From contig CAZEJO010000002.1 in the NCBI GenBank assembly GCA_964512285.1, positions 32,392 to 96,391 of the forward strand: DNA of 64,000 bases. The letters are read 5' to 3'. The notes under the pieces are model-generated. The model was given only the letters and a program-made list of their open reading frames with translations, was not told the origin of the DNA and made no database searches. This document shows, in pieces, positions 17,499 to 25,992 of the stretch (its first letter is position 1; each line of letters starts with the position of its first letter). Made by a program: the position numbers and the translations under genes. The stretch is from an uncultured Dehalococcoidia bacterium (GTDB taxonomy: Bacteria > Chloroflexota > Dehalococcoidia > SM23-28-2).

Positions 17499-19652
17499 AT
17501 GCACGGCACACTCTCCAGCGTAGACGAGGTGCGACAGGCTGCATGGCGCCGGGCGTTATCCAACTTCGCTGTGCGGCTATCTCCGCAGCACCCGCTGGTC
17601 GGCCTGGATGCGTTAGTCTTGGGTTTGCTGGCCGCCCTCTCTGCCTATATCACCTATCGGCTGTACGCCTTCACCTACGACGACGTCTACCTGGCCTTCA
17701 CCTACGCACGCAACTTGGTCGAGGGCCATGGGTTCGTCTTCAACGGCGAGGAGATCCTCAGCACCCCTGCGCCCTTGTTCGTCCTCTTGTTGGCCCTGGG
17801 CAATATTGTGGTGCCCGACGTCAGCATTCCGGGCGTCGCCAGCCTCATCAATGGGGCTTCCCTCTTTGCTATGGCCGCCACTCTGTATCTGCTGGGCAGT
17901 CATCTATCGGGGCGGACCGTAGGGTTCGCCGTCGCTGTCCTCTCCCTTTTCAATCCACTGATACTCCATTCTTTTGGCAGCGAGACCCCGTTTTTCCTGG
18001 CCCTGGTCCTGGGCGCCTTCTACACATACCTGACCGGTAGGACGTACCTGCCGGCCTTTCTGCTGGCGATGGCGGCTCTGTGCAGAACGGAGGCGGTTAT
18101 CCCCGGCGTCATCATCCTGGCCCACCTCCTCTATACCAGACGCCGCGCCGCCTTACCTTTTGTGTCTGCTGGCCTTTTGTCGGTGGCGCCCTGGCTGGTC
18201 TTCTCAGGAGTCTATTTCGGCTCTCCTCTCACCAGCTCCTTCGCCGCCAAGCAGGCCCAGGTGAAAGCGGGAGCCGGCTTCGCATCCTTCCTGGAAGGGG
18301 CCAGGGATTGGGTCCCTAACATCATGCTAGATGGCGACGAAAGGTACCTTCTGGCGGCGCCCCTGGTGGGGCTGGGTCTCCTGGTGCTGGCCACTGGGGA
18401 CCGTCGCTGGCTCCTGGTGCTGGCCTGGCCCCTGGCCCAGGCTCTCTTTTATACCCAGCTGGGGATCCACTTCTACTGGTGGTACGCCGCCGCGCCGGGC
18501 CTCGGCCTCAGCATCGTCGCCGGCTTGGCCGTAGGAGTGATCCCCATGGCCTTGAAGATTGTCATCCCCTACGCCCGTGAGAGGGGGGGCAGATTGTTGG
18601 TGCTGCGCGTCGCACAGCCTCAAGAACGGGAATCCTCTCTGCTTCTGCTGGTGTCCATCGCTGGAGCCATCCTGGTGGCGGGCACCGTCGTGGCCTTGGT
18701 CTGGACGGGCCACCATCATCTGACCAGCTTCAAGGACCGGCAGAAAGGCATCAACGATCTCTACACTGCCACCGGCAAATGGCTGCAGGATAACACCCCT
18801 CCGAACGCCTCGCTGGCCTATGCGGAGATCGGCCAGATCTCCTTCTACTCCGACCGCCGGACTATCGACATCCTGGCAGTAGTGACCCCCTCGCAGGTAG
18901 ACCACTTGGCCAAGGCCGATTATCTCTGGCCGTACCTGTGCTACGAACCGGACTACATCCTTTACAACCCCGCGCTTTCCATCTGGAACGGGCAGATCAA
19001 GACCGAGTCGTGGTTCAAGCACTCCTACCGAGAGGTGGCAGCTGTCCGGGTCGCCACGTATCCCTTCCCTATGCATGTGTACGAAAGGCAGCCGGCGGCT
19101 GCGATCCCGTTGCCGGTGGAGGAGGTTGACGTACACCAGACCAAGCTAGACTTGGGCTTTTCCCCCGGGCAGATTGGGGGCGGGAACGTCGTGGGCCAGA
19201 CGTTCCGCTCAAGGCACGACAACCTCTCGGCGGTGGAGGTGGTGTTCGGCAATGTGGGGCTGGGCAACGCGGCCACCATCGTCTTCCACCTTAAGGCGTC
19301 TCCGGTAGGCGAAGACCTGGTGCGGATGGAGGTGGCGGCGGCCGACCTGGAGCCCAATGCCTATTACGCCTTTCGCTTCCCTGCGATTGCCCAGACCAAA
19401 GGGAAGGAGTTCTACTTCTACTTGGAGGCCGTTGAAGCAGCCCCGGGAAACGGCGTCACCGTCTTCGCTCAGTCCGGGAACCCCTATTCCGACGGCAGCC
19501 TCTTTCAAAACCACGGAGCCCGCGAAGGCGACCTCGCTTTCAAGACGCGCTATCGGCTGCCCGATTCAGCCATCGACAACGAATGCCGGGCCAGCCGACC
19601 CCTCCGCCCTTCAGCGAACTCTAGCGCCTATGGCGCGTCCTGGTCTAAGTGA
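17499..19652 (+). CDS. GT-C fold integral membrane glycosyltransferase (PMT/ArnT-like; candidate oligosaccharyl- or glycan-transferase) with a C-terminal soluble domain.
   Basis: ~11-13 TM segments in aa 30-400. First-loop acidic motif YAFTYDDVYLAFTYARNLVEGHGF, as in GT-C families GT39/GT83. ~300-aa hydrophilic C-terminal domain. The track ORF begins at 17298, but the first in-frame ATG preceding the first TM helix is 17499; the true start is uncertain. The last 21 codons lie in repeat copy 2. Confidence 0.6.
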   Translation: MHGTLSSVDEVRQAAWRRALSNFAVRLSPQHPLVGLDALVLGLLAALSAYITYRLYAFTYDDVYLAFTYARNLVEGHGFVFNGEEILSTPAPLFVLLLALGNIVVPDVSIPGVASLINGASLFAMAATLYLLGSHLSGRTVGFAVAVLSLFNPLILHSFGSETPFFLALVLGAFYTYLTGRTYLPAFLLAMAALCRTEAVIPGVIILAHLLYTRRRAALPFVSAGLLSVAPWLVFSGVYFGSPLTSSFAAKQAQVKAGAGFASFLEGARDWVPNIMLDGDERYLLAAPLVGLGLLVLATGDRRWLLVLAWPLAQALFYTQLGIHFYWWYAAAPGLGLSIVAGLAVGVIPMALKIVIPYARERGGRLLVLRVAQPQERESSLLLLVSIAGAILVAGTVVALVWTGHHHLTSFKDRQKGINDLYTATGKWLQDNTPPNASLAYAEIGQISFYSDRRTIDILAVVTPSQVDHLAKADYLWPYLCYEPDYILYNPALSIWNGQIKTESWFKHSYREVAAVRVATYPFPMHVYERQPAAAIPLPVEEVDVHQTKLDLGFSPGQIGGGNVVGQTFRSRHDNLSAVEVVFGNVGLGNAATIVFHLKASPVGEDLVRMEVAAADLEPNAYYAFRFPAIAQTKGKEFYFYLEAVEAAPGNGVTVFAQSGNPYSDGSLFQNHGAREGDLAFKTRYRLPDSAIDNECRASRPLRPSANSSAYGASWSK

Positions 19653-19727
19653 GAAAGCACTCCTGAGATCGGGGTGGAGCTGCCAGCCCCAATCCTTAAG
19701 CAATAAAGCCGCCTTGCGGCGGCAGAT
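19588..19727 (+). repeat. ~135-bp direct repeat, copy 2.
   Basis: See copy 1. Lies immediately 5' of tRNA-Arg on the plus strand, i.e. downstream of the minus-strand tRNA. Confidence 0.75.
19701..19723 (-). terminator. Hairpin terminator downstream of minus-strand tRNA-Arg (GCCGCC-GCAA-GGCGGC + TTTATTG).
   Basis: Plus-strand caataaagccgccttgcggcggc, 22 bp downstream of the tRNA 3' end. Confidence 0.45.
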
Positions 19728-19744
19728 CCGTATCTGAAAGCTAG

Positions 19745-19818
19745 CGCCCCCGGCAGGACTCGAACCCACAACCGCCTGGTCCGAAGCCAGGCGCTCTATC
19801 CAATTGAGCTACGGGGGC
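19745..19818 (-). tRNA. tRNA-Arg (anticodon TCG).
   Basis: Minus-strand GCCCCCG-TA-GCTC-AATTGGATA-GAGC-G-CCTGG-CTTCGGA-CCAGG-CGGTT-GTGGG-TTCGAGT-CCTGC-CGGGGGC-G. Cloverleaf folded by hand: 7-bp acceptor, U33, G37. CCA not encoded. Confidence 0.85.
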
Positions 19819-19980
19819 ACCTTCGACCCATTGACTGAGCCAACCCAAGCTACGGAGTGTTCAACAAGCCCTAGAAAGTTTATCATAGGCCTCGTACGGC
19901 CTCAACCGCGCTTATCTGTCGACAAGCACGCTAGCTCACAACCGCCTGAGGGAGCCAACGTGGAGCAAGACGCCGAGGTC

Positions 19981-21306
19981 ATGATCAAGACGGTAGAGGA
20001 TCTCCTACGGGGCGAGGCCCTGGAGGAGGCCGTCGACCTGGTATCCTCCATCCACCCAGCCGACCAGGCCGAGCTCTTCTGGCACCTGGAGCCGGAGCTA
20101 CGGGAGGCCTTTCTGGCCCTTCTCTCTGCGGAGGGCCTCGCTCACCTGCTGGAGTACCTGGACGACGACCAGCGCGCGATAGTGGTGGAGAAGATGCCAC
20201 GGGCGTCTCTCGCCCGCGTCCTGGACAGGATCGACAACGACGTCGCCGCCGACATTCTCCGTACGCTGCCCCCAGCGGAGGGCGCGCGGGTGCTCTCCAC
20301 CATGAGCACGGCCTCAGAGGTGGCTCCCCTCCTGGAGCATGCCGACGAGAGCGCCGGCGGCATCATGACCCGCGGCTTCGTGTCCCTCCACGGCGAGATG
20401 ACTACCCAGGACGCCATCAAGTACCTGCGCCTGCGTAAGCCCAACGTGGAGGAAGCTTACTACCTGTACGTCCTGGATGCCGCCAATCGCCTGGAGGGCG
20501 TGCTAAGCCTGCGCGAGCTGGTGGTGGCCCCCGCCGCAACCCTCATCCACAAAGTCATGAGCCGAGATGTGATCGCCGTCGGGCCGGAGACAGACCAAGA
20601 GGAGGTAGCTCGTGTGGTTCAGCGCTATCGTCTGCGCGCCCTACCGGTGGTAGACGAAGAGCGCCACCTGCTGGGCATCACCACCATGGACGACGCCCTG
20701 AACGTCGTCTCTGAAGAGGCCACCGAGGACATGTACAGCATTATCGGCCTGCCCGCCGAAGAGAGCGTTTACGACCCCGTCACCGTGTCGGCTCGCAGAC
20801 GCCTGCCCTGGTTGCTACTGAACCTTGTCCTCGCCTTCATAGCCGCTGGCGTCGTCAGTCGCTTTGTAGACACCATCGAAGAGATAGCGGCCCTGGCCGT
20901 GTTTATGCCCATCGTGGCTGGTCAGGGCGGCAATGCTGGTATTCAGACCATCACCCTGGTGGTACGAGAGATCGCCCTGGGAGAAGTAGAGCTCAAAGAT
21001 GCCAAGCGCGTCCTGATCAAAGAGGTGTCCGTGGGCGTGCTGAAAGGAATCGTCCTGGGGCTATTCGTTGGCCTGATAGCCTGGGCATGGTGGAGCAACG
21101 CCTGGCTGGGTCTGGTTGTCGGGCTGGCTATACTGCTGAACCTGATCGTGGCTGGCTTCTGGGGAGCGATAATACCGCTGGGCCTACGCTGGCTCCGCCT
21201 CGATCCCGCTGTCGCCTCGGGGGTCTTCCTGACCGGCTTCACCGACGTGCTGGGCTTCTTCTTCCTGCTGGGCCTGGCGACCCTTCTGCTCTCCCATCTC
21301 ACCTAG
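19981..21306 (+). CDS. mgtE: Magnesium transporter MgtE.
   Basis: MgtE N-domain, tandem CBS region, and TM domain with the PIVAGQGGNAG motif. Proposed start MIKTVEDLL at 19981. The track ORF 5' extension (from 19804) overlaps tRNA-Arg and is rejected. Confidence 0.85.
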   Translation: MIKTVEDLLRGEALEEAVDLVSSIHPADQAELFWHLEPELREAFLALLSAEGLAHLLEYLDDDQRAIVVEKMPRASLARVLDRIDNDVAADILRTLPPAEGARVLSTMSTASEVAPLLEHADESAGGIMTRGFVSLHGEMTTQDAIKYLRLRKPNVEEAYYLYVLDAANRLEGVLSLRELVVAPAATLIHKVMSRDVIAVGPETDQEEVARVVQRYRLRALPVVDEERHLLGITTMDDALNVVSEEATEDMYSIIGLPAEESVYDPVTVSARRRLPWLLLNLVLAFIAAGVVSRFVDTIEEIAALAVFMPIVAGQGGNAGIQTITLVVREIALGEVELKDAKRVLIKEVSVGVLKGIVLGLFVGLIAWAWWSNAWLGLVVGLAILLNLIVAGFWGAIIPLGLRWLRLDPAVASGVFLTGFTDVLGFFFLLGLATLLLSHLT

Positions 21307-21744
21307 CTACTGAGGAAGGTTGAGGGAAATACCGATCGTGGCGTATTGCCCGTTCCCCCGAATGATGCCGATAGCTACCGTCCCCCATTCCCCACCGTCA
21401 CCCACACGGGAGAAATCGATGACAACGACCTCGTCCTCCCCATCGGAGACATCCACCACGTCCACATTGTCCACCTGCCAGGGATCCTCATCCAGCACCC
21501 TCTCATAGAAAGCCTGCACCTGGTCACGGCTGTGCTCCGTGTCAATACTCACCAGGAAGCCGCCCTCCTCGGGGGTGAAGGTCTCCGCACGGGTAATGGC
21601 TTCCTCGTAGATAGGGAAGTCCCGCGGGAAGCCCTCCGGCAGCTCGATGCCGCCAGGCCCTCCTTCCTCGCCGCCACCACAGGCACCAGCCAGCGCAAGG
21701 GCCGCAAGAAGGACAAGGGCAATAACGATACCTGCCCGACTCAT
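21307..21744 (-). CDS. Hypothetical lipoprotein.
   Basis: MSRAGIVIALVLLAALALAGACGGGEEGG gives a signal peptide + lipobox. Acidic mature domain. No recognisable family. Confidence 0.45.
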   Translation of the reverse strand: MSRAGIVIALVLLAALALAGACGGGEEGGPGGIELPEGFPRDFPIYEEAITRAETFTPEEGGFLVSIDTEHSRDQVQAFYERVLDEDPWQVDNVDVVDVSDGEDEVVVIDFSRVGDGGEWGTVAIGIIRGNGQYATIGISLNLPQ

Positions 21745-21828
21745 CTCGTCACCACCAGACTCCCACGAAAAGCACCGCATGCAACGGCACCTTCAGGTTA
21801 GCAGGTCAATGGAGAGCAGGCAAGAAAC

Positions 21829-21905
21829 TGGGGTGGACGGAGGGATTTGAACCCTCGATCTCCAGGGCCACAACCTGGCGCGTTGACCGCTACGCTACGC
21901 CCACC
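21829..21905 (-). tRNA. tRNA-His (anticodon GTG), with encoded G-1 and 3' CCA.
   Basis: Minus-strand G(-1)-GTGGGCG-TA-GCGT-AGCGGTCA-ACGC-G-CCAGG-TTGTGGC-CCTGG-AGATC-GAGGG-TTCAAAT-CCCTC-CGTCCAC-C-CCA. Extra 5' G pairing with C73 is the His identity element. Confidence 0.85.
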
Positions 21906-21924
21906 ACGACAGGACAGCAGAAAC

Positions 21925-21945
21925 ACTGGCATCGTCGCAATGCCA
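21925..21945. promoter_or_regulatory. Perfect 7-bp inverted repeat CTGGCAT-N7-ATGCCAG between tRNA-His and the hyp operon (candidate operator).
   Basis: Read directly from the sequence. Confidence 0.3.
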
Positions 21946-22013
21946 GCACATGGAGTGTATCACGTTTGCCCAGATACGGTCAAGAATAGCGTAGGCTGGT
22001 TCCTCTTCCCCGT

Positions 22014-22042
22014 ATCGACAAGCTAGGGAACAGCTTGTAGAA
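22014..22042 (+). promoter_or_regulatory. Sigma70-like promoter candidate for the hyp operon (TCGACA-N17-TAGAAT).
   Basis: Hexamers and spacing read from the sequence, ~65 bp upstream of the hypA-like start; RBS GAGGAGG at -9. Confidence 0.35.
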
Positions 22043-22107
22043 TCGGAGGGCCAACGTTTGCGGTAAAAGATTACGCCATAGTAAAATTAACTAGCGAGGA
22101 GGCCTTC

Positions 22108-22347
22108 ATGCACGAGCTAGCGGCAGCCCAGGATGTCGTCAAGACTGCCCTGGCGACAGCCGAAGCGGAGGGCGCCAAGAGAATAGTAGCCATTGTCCTC
22201 GAGATTGGTGACCTTTACGGGGTTGACCAGATGCGAGAACTCATCGCGATGGAGGCGAAGGGGACAATAGCCGAGGGGGCCCGCTTGGACATCGAATCCG
22301 TGGCTGGTCCTAACATCCGGGTTGAGAGCATAGAGGTAGAACAGTAG
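22108..22347 (+). CDS. hypA: HypA-like [NiFe]-hydrogenase nickel chaperone lacking the zinc-finger module (79 aa, no cysteines).
   Basis: N-terminal MHE Ni-binding motif (MHELAAAQ...KRIVAIVLEIGDLYGV) and C-terminal strand IRVESIEVEQ match HypA. The ~35-aa CxxC...CxxC insert is absent. First gene of the hypFCDE cluster. Confidence 0.6.
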   Translation: MHELAAAQDVVKTALATAEAEGAKRIVAIVLEIGDLYGVDQMRELIAMEAKGTIAEGARLDIESVAGPNIRVESIEVEQ

Positions 22348-22353
22348 GTTGCC

Positions 22354-24663
22354 GTGGCTATCAGGGCGCAGGTGGTGGTGCGAGGGATCGTTCAGGGGGT
22401 TGGCTTCCGTCCCTTCGTCTATCGCCTCGCCCAAGAGCACCAGCTTAGCGGCTGGGTCCTCAACTCCACTCAGGGCGTGGTCATCGAGGTGGAGGGGCCG
22501 CAGCAACGAATAGCTGGCTTTATCGCCGGGCTCAAGGCCGATCCCCCTCCCCAGGCCGTCATCGAAAGAGTAGAGACCAACCTCCTTCCGCCTGTTGGCT
22601 ACTCGTCCTTCATCGTCGAGGCCAGCCGCGAGGGCGATGAGTTCGTCCTGATCTCCCCCGACATTTGCATCTGCGCCGACTGCCTCAATGAGCTCCGGAA
22701 CTCCCACGACCGCCGTTGGGCCTATCCCTTCATAAACTGCACCAACTGCGGCCCCCGCTTCACCATCATCAGCGACATCCCCTACGACCGACCCAAGACG
22801 ACAATGAGCGCCTTCACCATGTGTCCTCGCTGCGATGAGGAGTACCACAACCCCGCTGACAGGCGCTTCCACGCTCAGCCCAACGCCTGCGCCCTGTGCG
22901 GCCCCCGGCTGGAGCTGGCGACGAATGGCACTCGCCCCGCTGAAGCGCCGCCGCGAGAAGAGCCCATCGAGAGCGTCCGTCGCCTGCTGACGGAGGGGGC
23001 GATTGTGGCGGCGAAAGGGCTGGGGGGCTTCCACCTGGCCTGCGATGCCACGAATGCGGGCGCGGTGGCAACCCTGCGCGAGCGCAAGCAGCGCGTGGAC
23101 AAGCCCTTCGCCGTCATGTCCCTGGACGTGGACACCGTCCGCCGCTACTGCGAGGTCAGTGAAGGCGAGGCTCAGCTCCTCGAGTCGCCGGCGCGGCCCA
23201 TCGTGCTCCTGCGACGCAAGCCGGGCTCGCCCATCGCCGCTGAGGCAGCCCCCGCCAACAATAACCTGGGGGTCATGCTGCCCTACACGCCCCTGCACTA
23301 CCTCCTGCTGAGCGATGGCGCGACACCCGCGCCTCTGGCCCTGGTGATGACCAGCGGCAACATGAGCGAGGAGCCTATCGCCATTGGCAACCAGGAGGCG
23401 CTGGAGCGCCTGAGCCCCCTGGCCGACTACTTCCTTCTCCACGACCGCGATATCTACGTCCGCTGCGACGACTCAGTCACCCGCCTCTTTCGAGGCAGAG
23501 AGGCGATGCTCCGCCGCTCCCGCGGCTACGCGCCCTTCCCCGTCCGCCTGAACCTGGAGCTGAAGGAGATCCTGGCCTGCGGAGCTGATCTCAAGAACAC
23601 CTTCTGCCTCACCAAGGGCACCTATGCCTTCCTCAGCCAGCACATCGGCGACATGGAGAACTACGAGACCTTCGCCGGCTATCAAGCGGCCATCGAGCAC
23701 TTCCAGCGGCTCTTTCGGGTGAACCCGCGGGCGGTGGCCTATGACCTTCACCCCGATTATCTGGCCACCCGCTACGCCCTGGAGCTCGCGGAGACCCAGG
23801 GCTTACGGCTGGTGCCCGTGCAGCACCACCACGCCCACGTTGTGAGCTGCATGGCCGAGAACGGCGTGGACGGAGAGGTCATCGGCGTGGCCCTCGACGG
23901 CACCGGCTACGGCACGGACGGCCACATCTGGGGCGGCGAGTTCCTCCTGGCCGACTGCCGCCGCTTTCGCCGCCTAGGTCACCTCAAGTATGTGCCCCTG
24001 CCCGGCGGCGATGCAGCCACCAAACGGCCCTACCGTATGGCAGTAAGCCATCTTCTGAGCGCCTTCGGTGAGGAGGCCCTGGACCTGCCGCTGGAGCTGT
24101 GGAAGCAAATCGAACCGCCGGAGCTGGCCCTGATACGCCGCATGATGGCGGCGAAAGTGAACTGCCCTCTCACCTCTAGCTGCGGCCGCCTGTTCGACGC
24201 CGTATCGGCCCTGCTGGGCGTGCGCGGCGTGGTCAACTACGAAGGGCAGGCGGCCATCGAGCTGGAGATGCTGACCGCCGAAGGCGTGGATGAAGTCTAC
24301 GACTGGAGCCCACCTTCAAGCTATCCTATAATTATTGATCCGGCGCCTGTGCTGCAGGGAGTGGTTTCGGACCTGAGGCGAGGGGTGGATCGAGCTGTGA
24401 TCTCGGCCAAGTTCCACAACACCATCGCCGACGTCATTGTCGGCGTGAGCCGGGTTGCCAGAGAAAGGACGGGCATCAACCGAGTGGCCCTTAGCGGCGG
24501 CGTATTCCAGAATATGTACCTTCTTGGCCGCACCCTGGACGGACTGGAGAGCCGGGGCTTCGAGGCCCTCATCCACCACCAGGTGCCCACCAACGACGGC
24601 GGCATCGCCCTCGGCCAGGCGGTGATCGCCAACGCCCGTCTGTCACGGAGGAAGAAGCGCTAG
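22354..24663 (+). CDS. hypF: Carbamoyltransferase HypF ([NiFe] hydrogenase maturation).
   Basis: Acylphosphatase domain (VRGIVQGVGFRPFVYRLA), two CxxC-X18-CxxC zinc fingers, YrdC and Kae1-like domains; 769 aa. Confidence 0.9.
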   Translation: MAIRAQVVVRGIVQGVGFRPFVYRLAQEHQLSGWVLNSTQGVVIEVEGPQQRIAGFIAGLKADPPPQAVIERVETNLLPPVGYSSFIVEASREGDEFVLISPDICICADCLNELRNSHDRRWAYPFINCTNCGPRFTIISDIPYDRPKTTMSAFTMCPRCDEEYHNPADRRFHAQPNACALCGPRLELATNGTRPAEAPPREEPIESVRRLLTEGAIVAAKGLGGFHLACDATNAGAVATLRERKQRVDKPFAVMSLDVDTVRRYCEVSEGEAQLLESPARPIVLLRRKPGSPIAAEAAPANNNLGVMLPYTPLHYLLLSDGATPAPLALVMTSGNMSEEPIAIGNQEALERLSPLADYFLLHDRDIYVRCDDSVTRLFRGREAMLRRSRGYAPFPVRLNLELKEILACGADLKNTFCLTKGTYAFLSQHIGDMENYETFAGYQAAIEHFQRLFRVNPRAVAYDLHPDYLATRYALELAETQGLRLVPVQHHHAHVVSCMAENGVDGEVIGVALDGTGYGTDGHIWGGEFLLADCRRFRRLGHLKYVPLPGGDAATKRPYRMAVSHLLSAFGEEALDLPLELWKQIEPPELALIRRMMAAKVNCPLTSSCGRLFDAVSALLGVRGVVNYEGQAAIELEMLTAEGVDEVYDWSPPSSYPIIIDPAPVLQGVVSDLRRGVDRAVISAKFHNTIADVIVGVSRVARERTGINRVALSGGVFQNMYLLGRTLDGLESRGFEALIHHQVPTNDGGIALGQAVIANARLSRRKKR

Positions 24664-24665
24664 CC

Positions 24666-24896
24666 ATGTGCCTGGCCATACCGGCGCGGGTTGTCCAGAT
24701 CGACGAAGGTCTAGGCCTGGTGGAGCTAGGGGGAGTCGTGCGTGAAGCGAGCTTCATGCTCCTGCCCGATGCCCAGGTGGGCGACTACGTTCTCCTCCAC
24801 GCTGGCTACGCCCTCCAGAAAGTGGACGAGGCGGAGGCCGAGGAGACCATCCGTCTGTTGACCGAGCTGGCCGAGGACGGGAGGGCAGAAGCATAG
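24666..24896 (+). CDS. hypC: Hydrogenase maturation factor HypC.
   Basis: N-terminal MCLAIP motif; 76 aa. Confidence 0.85.
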   Translation: MCLAIPARVVQIDEGLGLVELGGVVREASFMLLPDAQVGDYVLLHAGYALQKVDEAEAEETIRLLTELAEDGRAEA

Positions 24897-25984
24897 TGGT
24901 GCGCTACGTGCGCGAGTTCCACGATCCTGCCGCCGCCCGCGGGCTGGCGGCGACGATCGAGCGCATAACCAACCGCTCGGTGAACCTGATGGAGGTATGT
25001 GGCACTCATACCGTGACCATCTTCCGCCACGGCATTCGCCAGCTCCTGCCGCCGCCGCTGAGCATGCTCTCGGGGCCCGGCTGCCCAGTCTGCGTCACCA
25101 CCAACGCCGATATCGACAAGGCCATCGCCCTGGCCGAGCAGTCGAAGGTAACCCTGGCCACCTTCGGCGACATGATGAAGGTGCCGGGGAGCTACCAGAG
25201 CCTCCAGCAGGTCAAGGCCGATGGCAGCGACGTGCGGGTCGTCTATTCTCCTCGCGATGCCGTCTGCATGGCCCGCGACAACCCCCGCCAGCCCGTCATA
25301 TTCTTCGCCGTGGGGTTCGAGACCACCGTCCCCACCATCGCCGCCGCGCTCCTGGAGGCCGAAGCGCTGGGGCTCAAGAACTTCTACCTGATCTCCGTGC
25401 ACAAGCTCATCCCGCCCGCCATGCTCGCTCTACTGGAGGCGCGGGAGGTGCGCATCGACGGCTTCATCTGCCCCGGCCACGTGAGCGTGGTCATCGGCTC
25501 GCAGCCCTACGAGTTCATCCCCCAACAGTACGGCGTTCCCTGCGTGATCACCGGCTTCGAGCCGTTGGACGTCCTCCAGGGCATCGAGATGCTGCTGCGC
25601 CAGATCGCCGAGGGCAGAGCAGAGGTGGAGATCCAGTATCGCCGAGGGGTGCGGCCGGAGGGTAATCCCCTGGCGCGCGAGCTAGTATCGCGGGCGTTCG
25701 AGACCAGCGACGCCGACTGGCGCGGGCTGGGCTGCATCCCCAACAGCGGGCTGAAGCTGCGAGCGGAGTACAAGCGCTTCGACGCCGAGCAGGCCTTCGC
25801 CATCAACCCTCCGCCCACCAAGGAGCACAAGGGCTGCCTCTGCGGCGATATCCTGCGGGGAGTCAAGACGCCGCCGGAGTGCCCCCTGTTCGCCGAAACC
25901 TGCACCCCCGAGAGGCCGGTAGGCCCCTGCATGGTCTCCAGCGAGGGCACCTGCGCCGGCTGGTATCAATACGGGTCGCGCTAA
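24896..25984 (+). CDS. hypD: Hydrogenase maturation factor HypD.
   Basis: CGTH, GPGCPVC and FETT motifs; C-terminal CxxC cluster; 362 aa. Confidence 0.9.
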   Translation: MVRYVREFHDPAAARGLAATIERITNRSVNLMEVCGTHTVTIFRHGIRQLLPPPLSMLSGPGCPVCVTTNADIDKAIALAEQSKVTLATFGDMMKVPGSYQSLQQVKADGSDVRVVYSPRDAVCMARDNPRQPVIFFAVGFETTVPTIAAALLEAEALGLKNFYLISVHKLIPPAMLALLEAREVRIDGFICPGHVSVVIGSQPYEFIPQQYGVPCVITGFEPLDVLQGIEMLLRQIAEGRAEVEIQYRRGVRPEGNPLARELVSRAFETSDADWRGLGCIPNSGLKLRAEYKRFDAEQAFAINPPPTKEHKGCLCGDILRGVKTPPECPLFAETCTPERPVGPCMVSSEGTCAGWYQYGSR

Positions 25985-25992
25985 GGAAGGCT

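Noticed and set aside
15927-19818. Interpretation of the tRNA-fragment-bounded segment as an active integrative element.
   Set aside because: No integrase, excisionase or transposase is present, and the repeats are only ~90% identical. At most an ancient relic; reported as a finding with that caveat.
19819-19980. Possible Mg2+ (M-box/ykoK) riboswitch in the 160-nt leader of mgtE.
   Set aside because: No recognisable M-box conserved blocks were seen on manual inspection. Would need a covariance-model scan (Rfam RF00380) to settle.
19804-19980. 5' extension of the mgtE ORF (MSYGGTFDPLTEPTQ...).
   Set aside because: It overlaps tRNA-Arg on the opposite strand and precedes the conserved MgtE N-domain. 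The ATG at 19981 gives a standard MgtE.
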